From Acidobacteriota bacterium (lineage in GTDB: Bacteria; Acidobacteriota; Terriglobia; Terriglobales; Acidobacteriaceae): a DNA stretch of 64,000 nucleotides. The stretch lies in assembly GCA_018268855.1 (NCBI GenBank), contig JAFDVR010000003.1, forward strand, positions 509 to 64,508. The letters are read 5' to 3'. The position numbers and the translations under genes were made by a program. The notes beneath the pieces were generated by a model. That model ran no database searches. It was not told the origin of the DNA and was given only the letters and a program-made list of their open reading frames with translations. This document shows, in pieces, positions 41,689 to 49,740 of this stretch. How positions within the stretch are numbered: the stretch's first letter is position 1; each line of letters begins with the position of its first letter.

Positions 41689-41743
41689 AGCCCGGTTCGT
41701 GGCGGCGGAGAAATGGACGGGCTGAAGCCCGTCCCCTTCAAAG
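41675..41743 (+). repeat. Family-B repeat (core)
   Basis: CCCTCAGGGGCTAAAGCCCGGTTCG...GGACGGGCTGAAGCCCGTCCCCTTCAAAG. Confidence 0.8.
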
Positions 41744-41780
41744 CAAGCTGCTGCGCGTGAGCTTGAGGCGGGCTTGAAGA

Positions 41781-41835
41781 AAAGCAGGTCTCTCCGCTAC
41801 GGGCGCAAAAAGCGCGCCCTTCGGTCGAGATGACG
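41781..41835 (+). repeat. Family-C repeat
   Basis: AAAGCAGGTCTCTCCGCTACGGGCGCAAAAAGCGCGCCCTTCGGTCGAGATGACG. Confidence 0.85.
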
Positions 41836-41893
41836 GTGAGTAGAGGGCGCGATAAAGCTGCTAGAACTTCGGTCCAGATGACGGGACTTTGTT

Positions 41894-42235
41894 GTGGTTG
41901 AGATGACGGTGTTGTTTGAAGAGAGGTGGAGATTGGAAGACGTGATGCATGTTGGTGAAGAGCAGGATGTGATGGAGATTGTGGCTACGGTAGCGGAGCC
42001 GGCGGTGGAGTTGGAGCGGCGCGTTGCGGAGTTGGAGGGCCAGATTCGTGCGTTGATGGCACAGACTTCTGCCGCGCATGAGAGTGCGGGACGGAAGACG
42101 GCGAAGACGTTTTCTGTCGCGGCGAAGGGTGAAGCGATGGAAGCGGGCGCGCTGGATGCGGCGTTTGCGAGCCTGAGCGTGGAGCAGCGGATCGCCGTGA
42201 AGATGGAGATGATGCGGAGCGGGTTGCTGGGTTAG
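41894..42235 (+). CDS. Coiled-coil protein, possible scaffolding protein
   Basis: 113-aa ORF between the protease-like and capsid genes. ...AEPAVELERRVAELEGQIRALMAQ... Start uncertain. Confidence 0.35.
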   Translation: MVEMTVLFEERWRLEDVMHVGEEQDVMEIVATVAEPAVELERRVAELEGQIRALMAQTSAAHESAGRKTAKTFSVAAKGEAMEAGALDAAFASLSVEQRIAVKMEMMRSGLLG

Positions 42236-42377
42236 TGCTGCGCGCACGGCGAGTTAGCAAGTCAGCGAGTTAGCAAGTCAGATGGTCGCGCTTATGCGCG
42301 ATGACGATGCTTTGCATCGTGGCAAAAGCAGATCCTTCGCTACGCTCAGGATGACAAATCTATAGCTGATCGATGTA

Positions 42378-42403
42378 GGTGCGGCTTTGGCCGCGCCTTT
42401 TTT
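42378..42403 (+). terminator. Intrinsic terminator immediately upstream of the capsid gene
   Basis: GGTGCGGC-TTTG-GCCGCGCC (one G-U pair) followed by TTTTTT. Confidence 0.55.
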
Positions 42404-42440
42404 GTTGAGTGAGAAAAGATCGCGCGCGGATGGGCGCGGC

Positions 42441-43424
42441 ATGAGGAGAAAAATGAGGGCAGAATTTAAGGACATTCACGCGGCGGCGGATTACATGGGG
42501 CCGGGCGCGATTGAGGTGCAGCAGTATCAGACGGAGATTACGGACATTGTTCGCCGTCGCGGTGTGTTTGGGCAGCGGATTAAGCAGGTGCCGGCGACGG
42601 GACATCCATCGCGGTTCTTTGAGGAGACGGGCATTCCTTCTCCGACGGCTGCGGCCGGGTTTGTAGATCCGCGCAACATTGTTGCTCCGGTGGTGACGCC
42701 GACGCGCGTGGAGCGCAGCGTTCCGCTGAAGGCGCTGGTGGCGCAGTTGAATTACAACCTCTTCGATCTGGAGCTGGGGCAGCAGCAGAGCCAGTTTGCT
42801 TATCTGCAGGCGAAGGACCTGGCGGACACGGTGGATGGCGTGATGCGCGCGCATGATGTTGCGCTGTGGAACGGCAACGACACGAGCCTGAGCACGCCGA
42901 CGACGAACCAGTATTTTGGCGCGGCTGCGCAGATTGCCGCAGGCGGCAACTCGGTGACGGTGGGCGTGAATGACAGCATTGTGGACGCGCTGAAGTCCAC
43001 GATTGCGCAGATGGTGGCGAACTCAAGCTATGCGGTGAGGCCGACGGCCATCTACGCGAACCCGGTGCTGCTGGACCTGATCGATCGTGAGATGAAGTCT
43101 GCGTTCAACGTGGTGTTGAATACGAGAGCGATTGAGGCGGGTGTGACAGTGAAGACGCTGAGCACGCAGGCGGGCGAGATTCCTCTGATTCCTGAGTGGA
43201 CGCTGAGCTATACGGGCACGCCTGGGTCGGGTTCGGCTGTGCTGCCGGCGTACATCGTGACGGAGGACCTGATCGAGTATCACTGGCTGACCGATCCGAG
43301 TCCGCGTGTGTTTCAGCTTGGCACGCCGGGGTCGCTGGCGAGCCAGCATGTGGTGGTGAAGTTTGGCGGTCTGGTGGTGAAGGGCGCGAACTATGCGCAC
43401 TACCAGGTGCTGGTGGATCGCTAG
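42441..43424 (+). CDS. Phage major capsid protein (HK97-fold, tentative)
   Basis: Position after the protease and scaffold genes. About 327 aa from MRRKMRAEFKD (alternative ATG at 42453 after GAGGAG). ...VFGQRIKQVPATGHPSRFFEE...NYNLFDLELGQQQ...WNGNDTS... is capsid-like. Confidence 0.6.
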   Translation: MRRKMRAEFKDIHAAADYMGPGAIEVQQYQTEITDIVRRRGVFGQRIKQVPATGHPSRFFEETGIPSPTAAAGFVDPRNIVAPVVTPTRVERSVPLKALVAQLNYNLFDLELGQQQSQFAYLQAKDLADTVDGVMRAHDVALWNGNDTSLSTPTTNQYFGAAAQIAAGGNSVTVGVNDSIVDALKSTIAQMVANSSYAVRPTAIYANPVLLDLIDREMKSAFNVVLNTRAIEAGVTVKTLSTQAGEIPLIPEWTLSYTGTPGSGSAVLPAYIVTEDLIEYHWLTDPSPRVFQLGTPGSLASQHVVVKFGGLVVKGANYAHYQVLVDR

Positions 43425-43505
43425 GTCCTACGCGGACGGCGGGGGACGCGCTTTGCGCGTGTTCTTTGGTAAGTGAACATCGCGTGGCGCTTCCGTTGGG
43501 CGCGA
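43425..43505 (+). repeat. Family-A repeat starting directly after the capsid TAG
   Basis: GTCCTACGCGGACGGCGGGGGACGCGCTTTGCGCGTGTTCTTTGG...GCGTGGCGCTTCCGTTGGGCGCGA. Confidence 0.8.
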
Positions 43506-43540
43506 TGGAGTTTTGCTGGTTGTGCATGGATTTCCCAGGC

Positions 43541-43581
43541 GGGTGCCCCATACATGCGCGTTCTTTGCGCATGTGTGGGTT
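43541..43581 (-). repeat. Family-D repeat, inverted
   Basis: GGGTGCCCCATACATGCGCGTTCTTTGCGCATGTGTGGGTT is the reverse-complement-like form of the 37275 copy. Confidence 0.7.
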
Positions 43582-43618
43582 CTCCGCCTTTTTCTTAATG
43601 GCTTGCGGGAGGTGGGGC

Positions 43619-44215
43619 GTGGTGTATCTGGAGCCGGGCGAATATGCGCGGTTTGGTTTGGATGACGAGACGGGCGACAGCCTGGTGGTGAGTGCGTCGG
43701 CGATGATCGATGCGTTTTGCCGCAGGCAGGGATTCGATGTGAAGCAGTACACGGAGCGGCTGCGTTTTGCGCCCTGCGGACGCAGGGTGATGGTGAGTGC
43801 GACGCCGGTGGTGAACGTGGTGAGTGCGCGTGTGCGTGCAGAAAGACGAAGGACAGCGATGTTTGCCGATGCGATGGAGGCGGCTGTGGCTGCATTTGGG
43901 CTGGAGGGGAGCTGGGCGAATGTTGCGGTGGAGGAGATGGAGGTCTCTGCGCTGGGAGAGATTTCCTTTGCGGCGCAGACGTTTGGCGCTCCGTGGACAG
44001 AGGCTGAGGTGGTGTACACGGCCGGATGGGAGACGGTGCCCGACGCGGTGAAGGTGGCGTGCGCGCAGGTGGTGCGCAATGCGCAGGCCATGCCGGCTCT
44101 GAATGTAAAGCGCACCACGGTGGATGCGATGCAGATGGAGTACTTCAGCGGCGCACTTCTGGATGAGGAAGTGAAGCGGATGTTGCGGCCGTTTGTGGCC
44201 ACGAGGCTGGGATGA
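43619..44215 (+). CDS. Head-tail connector protein (gp6-like)
   Basis: GTG start after GGGAGGTGGGG. VVYLEPGEYARFGLDDETGDSLVVSASAMIDAFCRRQGF...VVYTAGWETVPDAVKVACAQVV resembles gp6-like connectors. The upstream part of tracked ORF 43196.. overlaps the capsid gene and repeats. Confidence 0.55.
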   Translation: MVYLEPGEYARFGLDDETGDSLVVSASAMIDAFCRRQGFDVKQYTERLRFAPCGRRVMVSATPVVNVVSARVRAERRRTAMFADAMEAAVAAFGLEGSWANVAVEEMEVSALGEISFAAQTFGAPWTEAEVVYTAGWETVPDAVKVACAQVVRNAQAMPALNVKRTTVDAMQMEYFSGALLDEEVKRMLRPFVATRLG

Positions 44216-44604
44216 GCGAGATGAAGGTGTGGGCGCGAAGAGCGGCGCATGCGCTGGTGCAGTCGGCGGGCACGAATACGGTTGCGCTGCGCATGCCTGC
44301 GGCTGCGGGAGCTACGGATGCGGATGAGCTGGGGATTGTGGCGTCTGCGTGGAGTGAGGTGCCGTTGTGGCCGGTGATGGTGCGCACGTCCGCGCGTGGA
44401 ACTGCGTTGCTGGTGAGCGCGGAGGTGTTGCATGCGGCGTTGTCGCTGGAAGATGCGCATGCGGTGAAGCGGGCCTTGCAGGAGTGCGAAGGCGTGTCGA
44501 TTGCGGGCGCGTGGATGTTTGTGCGGGCGGTGGAGGTGCGTGAGGTGGGCGGCGAACCGTACCTGTATCGCATGGAACTGGTGGCAACAGAAGGGAGCGC
44601 ATAA
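44212..44604 (+). CDS. Phage structural protein (head-closure/adaptor position)
   Basis: 130 aa. 4-nt overlap with the connector gene. Function inferred from position only. Confidence 0.4.
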   Translation: MSEMKVWARRAAHALVQSAGTNTVALRMPAAAGATDADELGIVASAWSEVPLWPVMVRTSARGTALLVSAEVLHAALSLEDAHAVKRALQECEGVSIAGAWMFVRAVEVREVGGEPYLYRMELVATEGSA

Positions 44605-44607
44605 GCG

Positions 44608-45096
44608 ATGCAGAACATGGCAGACACGTTTTATGCAACGCTGCGCGACCGGCTGGCGAGTGTGAATGCGGGCCGCGTGGTTGCGGTGCGCGGACAACTG
44701 CGGCCCGCGGTGGTGGTGGATGAGAACGAGATGCCGGAGCAGGCCACGGATGCGGGCGTCTTTCATCTGCGCTGGGGCGCGCGCCGGACAGACCGCGGCG
44801 GCGCGCTGCCCATGGTGACGGCGGAGTGCGTGATTACGTTTCGCAGCAGCGGCGCGGATGCGCAATCCATCCTGGCGCGAGGGCGGCAGAGGAACGCGAT
44901 GTGCGCGGAGCTGGATGCGATGCTGCTTCCGGCCATGGCGGTGAAGAAGGCGTTTAGCGGGAGTGGAGCGGTGGCGATGGCGACGAACATCTTCTGGTGC
45001 GAGCAGGGTGAGCGCGTGGTGAAGGAGAAGGGCGAGTTGCTGGAGACCACAGCGACGGTGCTGGTGATGAGTTATCTGGAGGAGGGCGAGCGATGA
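44608..45096 (+). CDS. Phage structural protein (tail-completion position)
   Basis: 162 aa. Tightly packed between neighbouring genes. Function inferred from position only. Confidence 0.4.
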   Translation: MQNMADTFYATLRDRLASVNAGRVVAVRGQLRPAVVVDENEMPEQATDAGVFHLRWGARRTDRGGALPMVTAECVITFRSSGADAQSILARGRQRNAMCAELDAMLLPAMAVKKAFSGSGAVAMATNIFWCEQGERVVKEKGELLETTATVLVMSYLEEGER

Positions 45097-46067
45097 GCGA
45101 TGCGAAGACCATTGTTGCGACTGCTCCTGTGGCGGATCGCGTGCGCGCCTACTTTGCTCCTGTGAACCGCGTCACCGGCAATGCGGGCGTCTTCGATCCT
45201 GCGCGCGATGGGCGGTTTGCGCTGGAGGCACCTCCGCCGGGATGGATGGATGCGGGCGTGGTGCGGGACTTTGTGCGGCGTTCGGAGACGAAGGTGTCTC
45301 CGCTGATGAGTGGCGCGCCTGCGGTGGCGCGAACGCAGGTGCGCAGCGCGGTGGGTGCTGAGATTGCGTGGACGTTTGATGGATGGAGCAGACTGGCGAT
45401 GGCGCTGAGCGGCGGCGGCGCGCTGATGAATCTGCTGGAGGTTGCGGCGAGTGCGGACGCGAGGGACTCCGGCGGTCATGCCGCGGATGCGGTGCCAGTA
45501 TTGAGTGGAAGCACGGCGCGCGTGTTGCAGGTGAGCGCGGATGCGGGCTTTGCGGTGGGCGACATCGTGGTGGTGGATGTGGACTATGGCGGCGAAACGG
45601 GATTCGCCGGCAGCGGCATCAGTGGGGCGTATGTGGCGAATGCGGACGATGTAACGGGCGATCCGCATACTGTGCGGCGGGTGAGCTTCAACGTTGGGCG
45701 TGTGGTGGATGTGAACGGCGGCGCGGTGACGTTGAGTGACGACTTGCCTGCGGGTACTCCCACGGAAGCGATGAAGGTGGCGAAGGTGCACGGGTTTGTG
45801 GACCGCGAGGGTGGACGGTTCTTTCAGGAGTGGTCTGCGCTGTTTGTGGTGGATGGTGTGCAGGGCGATCGCGTGCTGTTTCACTATCCGCGTTTGCAGG
45901 CCGCGGCGGGCGCGGAAGAAACCGTGGGCACGCTGGCGGGACAACTTTCCACGTGGCCGCTGCGGGCGCGCATGCGGGCGCTGCCTGTGGTGGATGCGAA
46001 TGATGGCGAGACGGTGTTCTGCTTCCGCAGCTATCTGCCTGCGGCGATGCGCGAGGTGCTGCGATGA
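45093..46067 (+). CDS. Phage structural protein (major-tail or tail-tube position)
   Basis: 324 aa. 4-nt overlaps on both sides. No family recognised. Confidence 0.4.
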   Translation: MSDAKTIVATAPVADRVRAYFAPVNRVTGNAGVFDPARDGRFALEAPPPGWMDAGVVRDFVRRSETKVSPLMSGAPAVARTQVRSAVGAEIAWTFDGWSRLAMALSGGGALMNLLEVAASADARDSGGHAADAVPVLSGSTARVLQVSADAGFAVGDIVVVDVDYGGETGFAGSGISGAYVANADDVTGDPHTVRRVSFNVGRVVDVNGGAVTLSDDLPAGTPTEAMKVAKVHGFVDREGGRFFQEWSALFVVDGVQGDRVLFHYPRLQAAAGAEETVGTLAGQLSTWPLRARMRALPVVDANDGETVFCFRSYLPAAMREVLR

Positions 46068-48355
46068 AGGTGTTGATCGACAACCTGGATGGGCAGGGAT
46101 TTGTGGACTATGCTGCGGCGCTGGCGGAGCCGAGTCCTTTGCGGATTGAGCGCGTGCTGAACAAGCCTTCAACGTGCCGGATGAGTTTGTATTTGCAGGA
46201 TGGCGGCATGAACGCTCCTGTGGCGCGCGGGCGTGTGGTGGTGATTGCGGAGAATGGCGCCGGATTGTTTTCAGGATATGTGACGAGCGTTGTTCCGCAG
46301 GATGACAGCGTGGGTGCGTGGACGAACGTGGTGGCGTTGAGCGATGAGGCGCTGGCGGATGCGGCAGGCGAGCGGAGCGGCTTTCGCGTCTTGGATGGAA
46401 CGCTTGCGGAACAGATGCAGCGCGTTGCGCAGCAGCAGGGCGCGGGGCTGATGGACGCGTCGGGCGTGGTTGCGCCGCAGGGCGTGAGCATTGCTCAACA
46501 AAGCAGCGGTGCCACGTTCTCAGAGAATGCGGGCGCGCTGGCCGAAGCCGGTTATACAGCGTATCGCGTGCTGGGCGGAGCGGTGAGCGTGCAGGCGATT
46601 GGAGCGGCGGTGCACGCGCTGGACGATGTGGTGTCTACCGTGTGGAAGTCTGCGCCTGCTGCTGTAAACGATGTGACGGTGAGCGGGGAGGAGGAGCCTT
46701 CCACGTATGTGACGGAGGTCTTTCGCGGCGACGGCGCCACGGCGGAGTTTGTGCTGGCGCATGCGCCTTTCCATGCGAGTGAAGGCGTGGTGGTGGACGA
46801 TGCGTTTGCCGGTGCGGCGCTGGATGCGCGTGTGTGGGCGGAGACGGACCCGGTGGGATGCATGGATGCCGGAGGCGCTGGGCTGGTGCTGAGCGGCGGC
46901 GATGGTGTGGATGGACACACTGCTCTAGTGGCGAACGACGATGTGGAGCTGGGCGGAGCGTTGCTGGCCGAAGCAAGCGGTGTGCTGTTGAGCGGCGCGA
47001 GCGATGGCATACTGTGCGGCATGTACGCGGACGGATTATCGGTGGCGCAGTGCGTTACGGGCATCCGCATACGGCAGAGCGGCGGCGTGACGGTGGCGTT
47101 TGCGCTGGTGCAGGGCGTGGAGACGGGGGATGCGTTTCCTGTGCAGGAGGGGCACCGGTATACGTTTCGTGTGCGGATGCAGGCGAGCGAGGTGCATCGC
47201 GTGCGGCAGACGTATCGCGTGCAGGTGGATGGAAGCACGTTTAGTTTTGGCGGTGGCGAAGTTCCATCTCCTATGCGCGTGGTGTGCGATGTGCAGGACC
47301 TGGGGCTGGCGTCGAATACGGCGGCCACGGTGCTGTGCGATGCGGAGATCGCGTCCGCGCCTGCGGTGGCGCGGTTTGCGGCGGTGAGTGCAGCGCAGAT
47401 GTCTGGTTCGGTGCGGCGTGTGCGGTTGTTGCGCACTCCTGCGGCATGGCTGCGGATGCGCGATGCAGATGGTGTGGAACGTCCGGGGCTGATTGGTGTT
47501 GCGGGCGAAGGTGTGGATGCTTCGCTGAGCGGCAATGGTGTACTGACGTTCTTCAACGGGCGCGTGCCTGCCGTGGGTGAGGATGTGCTGGTGACGTATC
47601 GTGTGGCTGCGCGTTCTGTGGGACGCGCGGAGAATGCGGATGCGATTGCCGCAGGCGATGCGCTTGGATTGCCGGGACGGGCGCAGTGGCGCGGGCGTGT
47701 GCGGCGGCCCGTCACGCGCACGTCAGAAGATTGCGAGCATGCGGCTGCGGCGCTGGTGGCGGTGGCCTCGCATGCTGGCGGAGGCGTGCAGGGCGTGTGC
47801 ACGGCGGTCAATCCGCAGAGGAACGCGGATGTGTGGCCGGGCGATGCGATGGCCCTGGCCACGGGAGAGCGCGCGGTGGTGCGCCGCGTTGCGATTCGCG
47901 ATACCAACAGCCTGCCTGAGGCGCTGGTGTTCGAGATTGGTTTTGCGAACGAGTGGGCCGAAGCGCTTGCGATAGAGACGACCGATGGTCTGAGCGAGGA
48001 CGCGCATCTGCCGGTCGCCGTTGCCACGGATGCAAATGCGCCGGTTGCGAATGTGAGTGCGTTGAAAGTGGTGGCCGTTACGGAGTCTGCGATCCAGGTG
48101 GATGCGGGTGTCGATCCACCGGCGGGCGGCGGGTTTGAGGTGCGGCGATGGGATGCGGGGTTTGGCGCGGCGGCGGGAACGGATGCGGACCTGGTGTTGC
48201 GCAGCGCGGTGCGCGGCTTCGATATTCCGCGCGCAATGCAGCAGGAGATGGTCTTCGTGCGGATGTATGACGGGCCGGCGCCGAGGCGGTATTCGCGTTT
48301 TTCCAACGCGGTGCGGGTGACGGTACGGGTGAGGGGTTGTGACGAATCGCCTTGA
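46064..48355 (+). CDS. Large phage tail/baseplate-like protein
   Basis: 763 aa. N-terminus MKVLIDNLDGQGFVDYAAAL...LRIERVLNKPSTCRMSLYL resembles the starts of tail-hub or host-specificity proteins. Not coiled-coil or Gly-rich like a tape measure. Confidence 0.45.
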   Translation: MKVLIDNLDGQGFVDYAAALAEPSPLRIERVLNKPSTCRMSLYLQDGGMNAPVARGRVVVIAENGAGLFSGYVTSVVPQDDSVGAWTNVVALSDEALADAAGERSGFRVLDGTLAEQMQRVAQQQGAGLMDASGVVAPQGVSIAQQSSGATFSENAGALAEAGYTAYRVLGGAVSVQAIGAAVHALDDVVSTVWKSAPAAVNDVTVSGEEEPSTYVTEVFRGDGATAEFVLAHAPFHASEGVVVDDAFAGAALDARVWAETDPVGCMDAGGAGLVLSGGDGVDGHTALVANDDVELGGALLAEASGVLLSGASDGILCGMYADGLSVAQCVTGIRIRQSGGVTVAFALVQGVETGDAFPVQEGHRYTFRVRMQASEVHRVRQTYRVQVDGSTFSFGGGEVPSPMRVVCDVQDLGLASNTAATVLCDAEIASAPAVARFAAVSAAQMSGSVRRVRLLRTPAAWLRMRDADGVERPGLIGVAGEGVDASLSGNGVLTFFNGRVPAVGEDVLVTYRVAARSVGRAENADAIAAGDALGLPGRAQWRGRVRRPVTRTSEDCEHAAAALVAVASHAGGGVQGVCTAVNPQRNADVWPGDAMALATGERAVVRRVAIRDTNSLPEALVFEIGFANEWAEALAIETTDGLSEDAHLPVAVATDANAPVANVSALKVVAVTESAIQVDAGVDPPAGGGFEVRRWDAGFGAAAGTDADLVLRSAVRGFDIPRAMQQEMVFVRMYDGPAPRRYSRFSNAVRVTVRVRGCDESP

Positions 48356-48368
48356 TGGGACATTCGCA

Positions 48369-48438
48369 CCCTCAGGGGCTAAAGCCCCGTTCTTACGAGG
48401 GGCGTACATGGCTGGGCTAAAGCCCAGCCCCTTCAAGG
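48369..48438 (+). repeat. Family-B repeat (core), left arm of an inverted pair
   Basis: CCCTCAGGGGCTAAAGCCCCG...GGCTGGGCTAAAGCCCAGCCCCTTCAAGG. Confidence 0.8.
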
Positions 48439-48581
48439 CAAATTCGAGGTGTGGGTGACGATGCGGGTGGAGTAGCGGGATGCCTGAGAAAGAGCAGATG
48501 AGTCGCGCGTTGTGCTTGCTTGCAGGGAGTTGAGCTTGTGATGTATCGCATTATGTTGCGGTGAATCACGTTGTCCTTGTT

Positions 48582-48648
48582 TTGAAGGGGCTGGGCTTCA
48601 GCCCAGCCGTTATGCCCCGGTAAAACCCGGGCTTTTAGCCCCTGAGGG
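48582..48648 (-). repeat. Family-B repeat (core), right arm, inverted
   Basis: TTGAAGGGGCTGGGCTTCAGCCCAGCC...CCGGGCTTTTAGCCCCTGAGGG. Confidence 0.8.
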
Positions 48649-48725
48649 AACGAATTCCACCCCAGCGCATTCCTCAGGCGCACAATTCTGGTCCTCAAAA
48701 AGGAAATGAAAAGGGGGGTGATGAA

Positions 48726-48947
48726 ATGACGGATTTTGAGGCGCAGGTGCTGGCGGACCTGAGTGCGTTGAAGAGCCAGATGCATGCGCTGCTTGGCGTT
48801 GGACAGCCGGGGCGTTTGCAGGCCCTGGAAGACCGCGTGGAGCGGCACGAGGCTGCGGTGCAGCGCATGAAAGGCATGGGCGGTCTGTTGAGTGTGGCGT
48901 TAACGGTAGTGCATGTGGCAATCGATTTCTTCCGGCGCGCGCACTGA
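48726..48947 (+). CDS. Small C-tail-anchored membrane protein (lysis-cassette position)
   Basis: 73 aa. Coiled N-terminal part and C-terminal hydrophobic helix GLLSVALTVVHVAIDFF. Purine-rich RBS. Confidence 0.45.
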   Translation: MTDFEAQVLADLSALKSQMHALLGVGQPGRLQALEDRVERHEAAVQRMKGMGGLLSVALTVVHVAIDFFRRAH

Positions 48948-48982
48948 GACTTTTGTTGAACAAATAAAAAGGAGAATGAGAA

Positions 48983-49240
48983 ATGAATTTTTTGAAGTTG
49001 TTTTTACGTGGACTGGCGTTGCTGCCGAGCCTGATTCAGGGCATTGAATCGATCTTTGGCGCGAAGACGGGCGGCCAGAAGAAAGAGGCGGCGCTGGAGA
49101 TTGTGAGTTCCGCGATTAACCTGACCGATGCGGTGACGGGCAAGCATGTGGTGGATGCGAAGAGCTTTTCTGACGGTCTGGGCAAGGTGATTGACGGCGT
49201 GGTGCAGTGCTTGAATGCGAGTCTTTGGGCGAAGGCCTAG
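48983..49240 (+). CDS. Small membrane protein, holin-like (tentative)
   Basis: 85 aa. AAGGAG RBS. N-terminal hydrophobic helix FLKLFLRGLALLPSLIQGI. Sits at the end of the phage-derived cluster. No endolysin follows. Confidence 0.4.
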   Translation: MNFLKLFLRGLALLPSLIQGIESIFGAKTGGQKKEAALEIVSSAINLTDAVTGKHVVDAKSFSDGLGKVIDGVVQCLNASLWAKA

Positions 49241-49316
49241 GTGTTAATGGAGGGTGCACGGCGAATGATTTGCGGTGTGGCTGTTGCTGCGTGATGCGGA
49301 TACGCGTACTGCTGTA

Positions 49317-49335
49317 TGTAATAGAAAGTATTACA
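49317..49335. promoter_or_regulatory. Inverted repeat TGTAATA-N5-TATTACA (candidate HigA operator 1)
   Basis: tgtaatagaaagtattaca, upstream of higB. Confidence 0.5.
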
Positions 49336-49358
49336 AGCGTACATCTTCCACTTGAACC

Positions 49359-49379
49359 CTGTAATATGTAGTATTACAG
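49359..49379. promoter_or_regulatory. Inverted repeat CTGTAATA-N5-TATTACAG (candidate HigA operator 2)
   Basis: ctgtaatatgtagtattacag. Same half-sites as operator 1, centres 43 bp apart, 25 bp before the higB ATG. Confidence 0.5.
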
Positions 49380-49403
49380 TAACGAAGCCCGGGAGATGGG
49401 ACG

Positions 49404-49679
49404 ATGATCAAGAGCTTCGCACACAAGGGGCTGGAGCAGTTCTTTAAAGAAGGAACGAAGAAGGGCATCCAGCCCCGGCACGCAAACAAGCTGACCCTCA
49501 TCCTTTTCGCCCTCAACAATGCAACACGCGCCAACAACATGGACATCCCCGGATGGGTGTTTCACCCGCTGAAGGGTGCCAAAAACATCTACGCAGTACG
49601 CGTTGACGGAAACTATCGCGTCACCTTTAGATTTGAAGATGGCCATGCTCATGTAGTTGATTATCTGGACTACCATTAG
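49404..49679 (+). CDS. higB: Type II toxin HigB (plasmid-maintenance-system-killer family)
   Basis: 91 aa: MIKSFAHKGLEQFFKEGTKKGIQPRHANKLTLIL...HPLKGAKNIYAVRVDGNYRVTFRFEDGHAHVVDYLDYH. Confidence 0.85.
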   Translation: MIKSFAHKGLEQFFKEGTKKGIQPRHANKLTLILFALNNATRANNMDIPGWVFHPLKGAKNIYAVRVDGNYRVTFRFEDGHAHVVDYLDYH

Positions 49680-49740
49680 TCCAAAAAGGCGGCCGCAGCC
49701 GCTGTAACGGGGACAACGTCCCACATCGAAAGGATTCGGA

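Larger units (their letters stand above)
33554..49240 (+). mobile_element. Phage-derived head/tail structural gene cluster (cryptic prophage remnant or GTA-like element)
   Basis: All genes lie on the plus strand: tail-fibre-like, large terminase, portal, prohead-protease-like, scaffold-like, capsid, gp6-like connector, four further structural-size ORFs and two small membrane proteins. No integrase, repressor, replication, tape-measure or endolysin gene was recognised. Host genes flank both sides. Confidence 0.65.
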
